A stretch of 64,000 bases of DNA from Anthoceros angustus (lineage: Eukaryota > Plantae > Anthocerotophyta). The stretch is taken from positions 18,528-82,527 of the forward strand of contig MU008234.1 in the NCBI GenBank assembly GCA_010909165.1, read 5' to 3'. The translations under genes were made by a program, and so were the position numbers. Numbering within the stretch: position 1 is the stretch's first letter; every line of letters starts with the position of its first letter. The notes beneath the pieces are model-generated. The model saw nothing but the letters and a program-made list of their open reading frames with translations, was not told the DNA's origin and ran no database searches. Below are positions 26,144 to 36,761 of the stretch, piece after piece.

Positions 26144-28370
26144 CATAATTAGGCAATAACAAGGGTTTCAGCTGTGTATATGGGGCTTGAAAAGAAAACC
26201 AGGTGTGGACATAAGGGTGCATTGAAGAGGGAAGATGGAAAGAGAATGATACCTACAGGGGGAGAGATAGAGTTACTGGTAATTGCTATGTAGGAAAAGC
26301 AAGAAGGGAAGAATAAAATACCGGTGGGAGAGGGGAGCTCATTGTCACAATCATATTGCAACACAAAGAGGGAAACAATAAAGAAATGGGTGTCATCCTG
26401 GAGCATTAACTAGGAGTGTGAGGTGAAAGGAGAGACCAGGAGCATGTTGTTAAGATGGTAAGAGAAAGTGGAAAACAAAATCACAAACTTAACACCAAAC
26501 CAACAAACTTGATGATAAGCTCTTAATGGCGAGGTGTAAGGTCAGGAGACCGCTTGCATGTTGTTAAGATGGTGAGAGAAGGTGGAGGAGAAAATCACAA
26601 ACTTAACACCAAGCCACCTAACTTTTTGGGTGTTCCACATGGAAAGTGTTACATGAAATTGTAACAAAGGACTATAACATAAGCAAGTTTTCATTGTATA
26701 TGTTTGAAATCATAAACAATGCTAGCGAGAGGGATGTTGTACTTAGGAGGGTGAGGTGATGAGAGAGAGCCGGTTCATGTTAAGATGGTGGACATGAAGG
26801 GAATAGTGTCAATCTTAATACCAAGCCTAAATAGCATGTTGCAATTTGGAAGTGTTACATGAAATTGCAACAACGAAGTAACATAGGCTGCCTTTTCTAG
26901 TAGGGGTGTTTGTATGTGTGAAACTAGGAACGTGTTAAATCGGAAGCATGTGAAACTTGGAACGTGGTTTGGGCATGGGCGATGAAATATCGAGCCGCGT
27001 TGGAGTCACACCGTGTGCCTCAGGAGCGGAAAAAATGGCAAATAATCGTGAAAAGAGTTACAGGAACCCATAAGTACATGCTCCTAGCTATAGACTAATG
27101 GACCAGAAGAATGGACCGAGATTCCACACTTTCTGCGTTGGCCAAGAATCTAGATGAGGACCGTGTATCTATGCACGTAGTGGGTTGCATGATCCACAAT
27201 TATAATGTGACGCAGCAAGAGTGTTTTTGCATGCCAAATCTCATGGAAATCCATGCGAATCCCATAATTAGGCAATAAGGGTTTTGTGTATATGGGGCTT
27301 GAAAAGAAAACCGGTGTGGACATAGGGTGCATTGAAGAGGGAAGATGGAAAGAGAATGATACCTACAGGAGAGATAGAGTTCTGTAATTGCTATGTAGGA
27401 AAAGCAAGAGGGGAAGAATAAAATACTGGTGGGAGAGGGGAGCTCATTGTCACAGTCATGTTGCAACACAAAGAGGGAAACAAAAAAAAAATGGGTGTCA
27501 TACTGGAGCATTAACTAGGAGTGTGAGGTGAAAGGAGAGACCAAAAGCATGTTGTTAAGATGGTAAGAGAAAGTGGAGAAGAAAATCACAAACTTAACAC
27601 CAAACCAACAAACTTAATGATAAGCTCTTAATGGTGAGGTATAAGGTCAGGAGACCACTTGCATGTTGTTAAGATGGTGAGAGAAGGTGGAGGGAAAATC
27701 ACAAACTTAACACCAAGCCACCTAACTTTTGGGTGTACCACATGGAAAGTGTTACATGAAATTGTAACAAAGGACTATAACATAAGCAAGTTTTCATTGT
27801 ATATGTTTGAAATCATAAACAATGCTAGCGAGAGGGATGTTGTACTTAGGAGGGTGAGGTGATGAGAGAGAGCCCGGGTTCATGTTAAGATGGTGACAGA
27901 GAGGGAATAGTGTCAATCTTAATACCATGCCTAAATAGCATGTTGCAATTTGGAAGTGTTACATGAAATTGCAATAACGACTGTAACATAGGCTGCCTTT
28001 TCTAGTAGGGGTGTTTGTATGTGTGAAACTAGGAACGTGTTAAACTTGGAAGCATGTGAAACTTGGAACGTGTTTGGCTGTGGACAGAAAAATATCAGGC
28101 CGCGTTGGAGTCACACCGCGTGCAGCTCCAGGAGGAGCGGAAAAAAATGGCAAAACACCGTGAAAAGAGTTACAGGGAACCGGATAAGTACATGCTCCTA
28201 GCTATAGACTAATGGACCGGAAGGCGAGATTCCACACTTTCTGCGTTGGCCAAAGAATCTAGATGAGGACTGCCGTGTATCTATGCACGTAGTGGGTTGC
28301 ATGATCCACAATTATACGTACGCAGCAAGAGTGTTTTTGCATTATGCCAACTTGCGGAACGATGCGAATC
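26144..28370 (+). repeat. Tandem duplication of about 1.12 kb covering the CACTA right end and about 360 bp of flanking transposase
   Basis: Units start CATAATTAGGCAATAA at 26144 and 27263; both contain the TIR, the GTG TSD and the ERKK...KYMLLAID...IPHFLRWP coding sequence. Confidence 0.9.
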
Positions 28371-28557
28371 TGACAATTAGGATTATAAAAGATGTTGTTC
28401 TTAATTATAAAGGAGTGCTACCCAAAGTGCTCTATTTGCAGCTTGACAACACTTGCTGAGAAAACAAGAACCAGCTGTTGTTTGCGTATTTGAACATGCT
28501 AGTTGATATGGGAACTTTTCAGAAGGTGAAGGTTGGGTTCCTCCTGGTTGGGCACAC
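28011..28557 (+). pseudogene. Sola-like/DUF7869 transposase catalytic core, interrupted at GHT by a Copia insertion
   Basis: ERKKMAKHREKSYREPDKYMLLAID.MD...IPHFLRWPKNLDEDCRVSMHVVGCMIH...NDANLTI...LPKVLYLQLDNTC*ENKNQLLFAYLNMLVDMGTFQKVKVGFLLVGHT (partly read across frameshifts). Confidence 0.85.
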
Positions 28558-29101
28558 TGAAGATTTTATGGACTAATGTAGATCAATTAAACATTATAGA
28601 ATAATTACATTGTTGGATCAAGAAAGAAGTAAGTTGCTTATGCATGAAAAGACAACTAAAACTAAATTTAATGAAACGTTGTATCTATAAACTTAGAGAC
28701 GTAACCCTAATGAAACGACACCATATCTAGTAAACCCTAGCTTATCATATCTTGGTAATATATGGATAACTTAAACCCCTAAACCCTAACTATGATATCA
28801 ACATTGTATATCATTACTCCCACTTGTTGTAAATAGTTAGGTACAGTCCCTTCAGCTGTGAATTGCTCGTGAGACTGCGGAGTTGAGCTCCGGGTTTGCC
28901 AATCTTCTGGTTTTGCCATCTTGTGGTGGTAGAGCTTTACGCCCCATCTTCATGTCTTTTACGGACACTATGGAGTGCTGTTGTACTAGTGTGAAGCCAG
29001 CTGAGTACAGGTTGGCTCCCTTTATAATTCTCCTTTACGCTCTCTGCCTCATATGCATCGATCGCCTTGAGAGAAGGTTTGCAGTCCTGAGCCATATCGA
29101 G

Positions 29102-30050
29102 ATGGCGTCACTGTCTTCAGAGTCTGAGGGTACTTTGCCCAAGAAACCGCAGCAGCCCAGAAATGCTCTAGGCCAGTTTGCTAGAGCAGCTGCCTGCGAC
29201 CAAGAGGAGACTTCTGAACTTCCTGCAGCGGTTAAAGGGGGCGTGAAGAGAGAACGTGGGCGCCCCAAAGGAACCACCAAGGAGTTTCTGCAGCGACGAG
29301 AGGCTGCAGCTAAACAAGAAAACATGGGCGGCCCTTCTTCATCGCGTGTCACTCCTTCTGGGCCAAGAGCGGCAACAAGAGTAAAAGCAAATCCTCCACA
29401 TGTTCACCCTGATTTTGGCTTTTCTGAGAACGAAGCTAACCCTTGTGAGGACCCAAGCTTTCCCAAGCCTACAGACCTGTTCAAGGAAACCCAAATTGTC
29501 TCCTACGGCACCATGAAGCACCCTCGCACCCCTATGTGGTATAGGGTTCATGTGGGCAGTACTAAAACTGTGATGCGCCGTATCAAAGTTGAAGATTGCT
29601 GGGCGTATCCTCACCATGTTGTTAGCACGTATAGTAAGTCCCAAATTCCATTCCTGTTGCAGCATTTTTCCTGTTTTGTGTGTGTGTGAGGCTAACCTAG
29701 CTCCCACTGTTTGTGCAGGATCTAACATACGCATCGAAGAAGAGTCGACCTCGATCAAGACAATCTCAAGGCAAGAAGGCGTGGAGAAGACCCACCGTTC
29801 CTTGAAGTCCGATCCTTCCAAGAGGAGGAAGATGAGAGTCAAAGCCTGCCTGGGTGAGTCACCTGTGGGGACTCATACTCTCGTGTCTCGTGATGAGACT
29901 CTTTTAATGACTACAGATGATGAACACTCTTCCTTGGGTGTAGTTAGAGTTACGCAGCATGGATTTTACTTTGTCGCATCTGCCAAGGAACTCCGAGGAG
30001 TCTCCAAGGCCAAGACTTTTAACATGTTTCTCGTGAAGCTCTTTTCCTAG
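29102..30050 (+). CDS. Spliced antisense ORF (about 287 aa, AT-hook-like RGRP motif) in the 3' region of Copia A
   Basis: Exon 29102-29633 (ATG, MASLSSESEG...KRERGRPKG...), an 85-nt GTAAGT...GCTAAC...TGCAG intron (29634-29718), and exon 29719-30050 join in frame (STY-R-SNIRIEE). Confidence 0.6.
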
Positions 30051-31359
30051 AGCCTTAGTCAATATGTCTGGATTGTCTTGCGTTGCCACATACTCGAGGT
30101 TGATTTTACCCGCCTTGATTAGGTCTCGATAAAATGATACTCAACCTCGATATGCTTTGTCCTTGCATGAAATACGGGTTCGAGCAAGTGACATGGAGCC
30201 TGTCGGTCCTTATGAGCGTATGTAGGTAATGGTATACCCATTTCGCTAAGGAGTAGCTTGCACCAAATGATCTCTTTGCAAGCTGTAAGGACTCTATATT
30301 CCTCGACGCTCGAGAGCAACTGTTCGCTTGCTCATCCAAAGAATCGGTCCACCGCTATGCTCACAACGTAACGAACAGATCTCTGTTGTCCACGTTTCCA
30401 ACATAGTCGAATCGGTGAAGACCTCGAGTTCAAGTTGCATCTGTGTGTGGCAATATTTTATCCTCGATGTGGTGTCCCTTCAAGTATCTAAAGACTCTTT
30501 TAATGCTTGTCCGGTGCTCTCGGGTTCTCCGAACTGTGAGAGAGCGCTAGTAGCAAAGGCAACTTCCATACGAGTAGTGTTTCGCATATATGAGCTTTCC
30601 AATGACTGCCTATAAGGTACTAACATCCTTTCCTTCTCTACATGTTTGTGGGGACATTTCGCACTTAGCTTGATTCCACTTGGTAGGGGTGTAGCAGCTG
30701 GCTTTGCATCCTTCAAACCTAGCTGTTCTGCACTTTCAAGTATGTATCTTGGTTGTGAGAGTGTGATAACCCTGCGTTTCCTGTTCCGCTGAACATGTAT
30801 ACCAAGACAACTCTGAAGATCACCAAGGCTGGACATCTTAAACTTAGTTGCAAGCAGGTCAGTAATCTTTTGATAAAACCTGCATCGTTACTTGACAAGA
30901 TCAGTCATCTACATAGACTGCTAGGTAACAGACGATGTCACCTTTCTTGTAGATGTACAGGCTACCATCTGCTCGGCTTTTGGTGAAACCTAATACTAAA
31001 AGCTCAGCATCAAGTTCTGCGTTCCAAGCCATTGCAGACTGCTTCAACCCGTACAGAGTCTTGATAAGTTTACATACATAATCCTCCTTTCCTTTGACTA
31101 CATAGCCAGGAGGCTGCTGCATATATATTTCTGTGTCAAGCTTGCCATTCAAGAATGCTGTTTTGACATCAAACATTTGCAGTTCATAGTCCTTATAGGC
31201 TGATATTGCACATAATGCTCGTATGGTTGGCAGTTTCACAACTGGAGCGAATGTCTCCAAATAGTCCAAGCCTGGAACTTGTGAAAATCCACGAGCCACT
31301 AGTCTTGCCTTGTACCTATCGAAGGTACCATCAGCCTTGACTTTCAATTTGAAGACCCA

Positions 31360-34300
31360 TGTGGAACATAAAAGTTTGGGCAACCAGCCCAAAAGAGCCC
31401 GAAGACGAACAAGTTTGATTTTTTTTGGCTAAGAACGATCGAAGAGGAGCATGCCGAAAACTTCCGAGAATCTTAAAGGAGTTGTAAGATTGTTAGGAAG
31501 GCAAAAGGATATCCCAAGGAAGAATGGGTCGAAATGACCCCAGACGAGGCGGGTGAGGGCAAAGAAGGTCGGTATCACTCCGAGGTCGCCACACCACGCC
31601 GGTATGAGAAAAGAAGGGACCATCATGTAAGTCGCGTATCATCATGTAGGTCGACAATCTCCAAAAGCAATGAATATAAGGGGATATCCACTATATATGC
31701 TCATCAATAGGGAATAAATATTAAGTGATTAGCAAGCGATTAATTAGGAATAGCGGTAGGATAGGAAAATAGGTAGAATTAGGATTTTGGAATGATGAAT
31801 CCAATCTAGGGTTGTGCGCCTGTGGCGACATCCAAAGAGGCAAAAGCTTTGGCGCCAACTTCCTTCGAATCGAGGTAAACTCACTGAGGAGCCGGAGCGG
31901 AGCGCAAGAGAAGGGAGAGAAAAGCCGCCACCACCCCAGCACCGAGTCGAGGCGAGGAGAGCGGCGCATCGAGCAAGGAGAAAACCCTAGGCGAGAAGAA
32001 AAGGGCGGCCAGCATCGAGAATCCTGAATCTGTGAAAAGAGACACATTTAGAGGAGCTGTCAAGGCGAGGCGCGAGGTTGGCGCCGGGAGCGTACAAAGT
32101 TGAAGAAATTGAGAGTAAAAGAGGAAGGATCACGACCACCCACCGGCGGCGCCCTGCCCTGAAGAGATTGCGAGGGAATTGGCGACAACGGAGGCGCACC
32201 GAGCCTAACGTTGGAATTGTGGATTGGAAGTGGTTTTGTTTTCGGTCTCTAGAAGAAGGAGTGTTGGGAGCGAGGCCTCGAGACTGTCAAATTGGAGAGT
32301 AATTTCCTTCCTTGTAAGCGTTTGGGAAGCAGAACGCCACCATGCCTCGAGCTGGGAAAGGCAAGGGGAAGGAGCCACCTGCCAAGGGCTCTTCCTCGCG
32401 AGGAGGAAAGGAAAAGAAAGCGGAGCCTGCGCCACCAGGAGGGGGTGAGGTCGAGATGCCTCAATTCACTTGCTTTGCTGGACAGCTCAACCCCCGAGAT
32501 TTAGTGGATTTCAGGCAGTGGGCAGAGGAAGACAACATACAATTGGGTTGGGTGTATGGCCGCCAATGGGCCTACACCAATTTGGAATTGATTGAGGAGT
32601 GTTACATCAACCTCCATCAATCGGAAGCCGCCGCCGCTAATGGAGAGGAATGCTAGGGCGGATCCGTTGGGCCGGTCAAGTATTCGACAGGTGTATGGAA
32701 GACCGGAGGAAGAAAGCTCCGGAATTGCTCTCCTCGAAAGGTTGAATGGGGGGAAGAGGACAGCCCTCGCTGACATCCCGCAGGAGTTCCTTGACATGAT
32801 GGATGGAGGAGTGAAGGCCCACGCCAAGAATGGCTGGAAGACCGAGAGCATCAAGGAGCTGAAGTGGAGGCTCTTCGCAAAGATTGTGCTGGGGTTGGTA
32901 AATTACCAACGCACCTCTTATTTCAGCACCAACTTCCTCCAATTTGGAAGATTTCCATGGGAGCCAAGCCGGATTGGGGGACTATCATGTATGAAGCGTA
33001 CATACACCATCGAGAGAAGCTCCTCAAGCCAAATTCGGTGGATGAGGAAGGACCAAGGCCCTGCTATCTTAGCACCTATTTGGTGCATTTATGGGAAACC
33101 GAGGGACTCCTCACAAGCAAGGAGCTTGAAGATGCATGGCATCCCTTTGAGGTCATCCATCTCCAGCCGAGGTTGGAAAGGCCTTTGCCTTTTGCATTGC
33201 GAAAGACGGTGGGAGGTCAGACCTCCACAAAAATGCTAGAGGCAAGAGGAGAAGGTTCGGAGGCAACAAAGTTGCCGGAGTGGGAATCCTTTCCCCAGAG
33301 CAAGCAAGGGAAGAAGAGCAAGAAGCGGCCGAAGAAGGCCGGATGGTGGTCTATGAGAGAAGGACCACGGGAGGGGTGACAGCCCCGAGAGTGAGGGGAG
33401 TCCCCACCATCTCCTTTGTGCCTACGAGAGAGGCACCCCGACAGACTACCCCGGTAGGGAGGCAGTCTACCCAAGGGGGTGGGCAGCCTACCGTGGTAGG
33501 CAGTCAGCCTACCATGGTAGGCGACCACTGGGGAGCACACCCCAGAGGCGGGCACCCCACGCCGCCAGCAAACACTGGTGGAAGGGAAGGAGAAGCGGCG
33601 AGGTGCGCCGCCACCATCTTCCGCGGTGGGAGGCGGATGGAGGAGTGAAGGGGCCCGCACCCGATGGCCCGAGAGGTGAGAGCTGGAGATTTCCAGCAAG
33701 AAGAAAGAAGGGGTGGAATTAGGACCCCTAGGAGAATTCTTTGGGTGTGAAGCACTCACCGTGTGGATTTGAAAGGCTAGAGCTAGCCTCCTTGTGGGCA
33801 TGCCAAGAGGAAGTGAAATCTCAAGACATGGCCGGGAGGAAGGCAGGACCAAATGGCAATTGGAGGCCATGGAGTCCGACGAAAAGGCAGCCAAAAGGAA
33901 AAAGGCTGTGGAAGCTCCAGCGACCTTATGGATCGGGCGCGGAGAAGGTCTTGGAGGGAGGTTGGCTCAAACCAAGAAAGAGCCATCCGAGCAACCACCC
34001 AACGAGACTCATGGAGATGTATATGGAGGAGCATTTTGCCCAATTAGAGCAAGAGCGAAGGGCAAAAGCAGAGGCTCTCGGAAGGAGAAGGTAGCGGTCC
34101 GGCAAATGGGCCAGCAGTGATGGCTACGCAAGCCATCCGGATCCGGACATGAAGGAAGAGTTGAGAAGAGCCCGGTTTAGTTTGGAAGAGAAGCGCCCTG
34201 GAAATTCAAAACCAAGACTGTGAGCCGGAGCGAGAAAGATGCTTGGCAAGCGAGAGGAAGGGCTTGCTCAACGAATAGAGGACTTGGAAGGAAAAAGGTC

Positions 34301-36761
34301 CAGGGAGGAGTACCACAAGAAAGTGGTACATAGAATCGGTAGTAAGGAAGCGAAGGTTTTGGGCGATTATGCCCTTCAGCAAAATTGGCCACCAAATAAG
34401 GAAGCAAGGGAGGAGAATGTGACCCTCCATGTCAAGGTGGGGGAATTGACCACCTCAAGGGACGCCTACAAAGGTAGGTGTGAAGATGGAGAGTGGCCCA
34501 CGGAGATTGATGATCTCCAAATGCAATATCATAGCTTGGGGGCTCACCTCCACAATAGAATTTTGAAGGCCAACAATGAGATCTTGCGTTTGGCCAAGAG
34601 GAGGACATTGGGTCCTCATGATGATGACAGAAAGGAGCTGCAACAGGTGCAGCCAGAGGCCTCCGATTTTGATGAGGCCATCAGCGAAATGGACTCCGAG
34701 GAATCTGAGGAGTCAGGAGACGAAGGAGCGGCCGTAGCGCCAAAGGTAGAAGGTGGCGCAAAGAGCAAGGAGGGGGGAAAGCCCACCCTCTTGGGGGGTC
34801 AACCTACCACGGTGGGTGACCAGCCTACCACGGTGGGTGACCACCTACCACGGTGGGTGACCACCTACCACGGTAGTCCGGACTACCGGTAGGGCAGTGC
34901 CGTGGGCGGAGATCGAGAGCCGCCGCGAGGCCCGGCCGAGGATGAAGGAGCCGGGGTCCAGAGTATGGAGGAGCAGTTGAGGTGGTGGGGGAGACAACCC
35001 CACCGGAGGAGACCAAGGACGGGGTCCGACCCGTCGAGGAAGGGGGAGGGGTGAGAAGTTCCCTCGCCCCACGGATAAGGGAGGAGCCAGGGCCAGGAGA
35101 GGAGACCAACGCGAAGAAGGCCCGAAGGAGTTAGTAGCAACATTGGTCAGCGAATGGGGGAAGATTCTTTGAAGACATGCTCCATGATAGGTATGGACAA
35201 ACCAAACAGCAAGGAAGGAGCAAAAGGAACTCACCCCCAGGAGACATCACCGATGGAGAGGAAGGAGAAGAAGGAGATAGGTACCAGACTACCATGGTAG
35301 GTAGTCAGCCTACCCCGGTAGTCTGCCAGACTACCGCGGTAGGGTGCGATGAACGGGGCGACCCACCAAGGCGGAGAAAAGGCGCCTAGGTGCGCGGGAG
35401 GCGCGATGGAAGATAACAGACTTTAGGCGCCGCCTGGAGATGGAGGAAGGGCAGATGGTACTTGCCCCACACATTAAGGCGACAAGATCCGGGAAGGGAC
35501 AGAGCAAAAGGAGGCGAGGGAGCCAATCCCCAAGGGCCATGTCACCACCCCAAATGAGATAAGACTAAGAATGGTCAATGACCATAAATGAGCTTGGGGA
35601 ACGGGGAAGGATAGGTGGTGTAGATCGACATCCTTCAAGGATGGTCTTAGGTGAAGTTACTAGAATAGAATTTACCAAGGATCGCATAATAGACTTAGGT
35701 GCCGTATATTAAATGTCAAGTAGGAAATAATAGAAAATTGGAAAAGGTGACTGCAGAGGGTCACCTAAGGGAGGTTGTATGTGGAAGGCCTCCTATAAGA
35801 GGAGGAGGATTTCACAAAGTAAAGTATCATGTCTTGCGCTTCCACCCTCATCGAGTCCTTTGCCATTACAGAGGAATTTCGTGCATGTGAGCCAACACAG
35901 TGCAGAGAGGAAGTCGCGGTGGTCGGAGTGCTTGGTGGAGGACTTGCTCGCAAGTGCCTAAACGAGTTGCTCCTTGTGAATGGTTGCCGTGAAATTGCTT
36001 TGCTTTGGGTGTGTGGCAAATGCCTGAGAACTCGGCTTGAGGGTAGACTACAGGAAAGACTCCTGGAGGTTCTCTCGTGTCAAACTCATAGCAACCGCCC
36101 AAGGAAGAACTTGCTGGTGGAGGCGGACCCTGTGCCAGAAGGGCGAGTCGAAACCAAGAAGCCCGAATCGAGGTTAGACTAGGAGGAAGAGGATGAGGAG
36201 ATGAGAAGATGAGTAGAGGATTAGAGGTGTAGGTGTTAGTGGAAGGCCACAGGCAGAGCCTAAGGGACGAATCCCAAATCTGCAAGTAAACGAGCGCTCC
36301 CCGAGTGGAGAAGTTTGGTCTTAGAAGTAGGGACGAAATCGCGGTGTGAACTGGGGGTCCACAGGCGCCGTGGTAGGCCTTGTCACCGAGGTGACTCGCA
36401 ATTGTGTTGTGTCGTTGTAGGTCAAGTTTGGTCTTAGAAGTAGGGACGAAATCGCGGTGTGAACTGGGGGTCCACAGGCGCCGTGGTAGGCTCCGCCGAG
36501 GCGTGACCCGCAATTGTTTTGTGTCGTGGGTCGAGGGTTGGCGATTTTTCAAGCAAAAGGTGCGGTGCACTGAAGAGGGAGAGTAGAGGTGCCTTGCTTG
36601 TTTAGAAGGTGAGAAGTGTGTAGCAGTAGCGACGGCATCACAAGACCTCGAACTTTCACACAAGTCTCATGGGACGAAACCCAACGTATTTAAGCGACAA
36701 GGATAAGTGTGGCCGCTTATAGTGGGAGGACCCGGGAGTGCCCGGATTCTCCCTTACCACA
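31360..36761. mobile_element. 5.4-kb TGTGG...CCACA insert (giant solo LTR or non-autonomous element) inside the Copia A RT
   Basis: TSD ACCCA at 31355-31359 and 36762-36766; removal restores VSCKWVFKL. No terminal direct repeats and no RT or integrase. Related copies at 807-3470 and 63153-63643. Confidence 0.85.
32342..34892 (+). pseudogene. Retroelement accessory ORF (globular domain plus coiled coil), frameshifted
   Basis: Consecutive ORFs 32342, 32592, 32864, 33741 and 34239 give MPRAGKGK...NGWKTES...KPDWGTIM...PCYLSTYLVHLWETEGLLT and a C-terminal E/K/R-rich helical region. Confidence 0.55.

Larger units (their letters stand above)
12357..26905 (-). mobile_element. CACTA/EnSpm-family DNA transposon with variant CCCTA termini
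   Basis: Perfect 28-bp TIR CCCTACTAGAAAAGGCAGCCTATGTTAC (12357-12384; 26878-26905; again 27983-28010), 3-bp TSD GTG, subterminal TGTTACA/GTTGCAA repeats, and TnpD-type domains inside. Confidence 0.9.

Noticed and set aside
28730-28792. Telomeric repeat (AAACCCT)
   Set aside because: Only 2-3 scattered telo-box units, which are part of the Copia A LTR (repeated at about 40725-40780).
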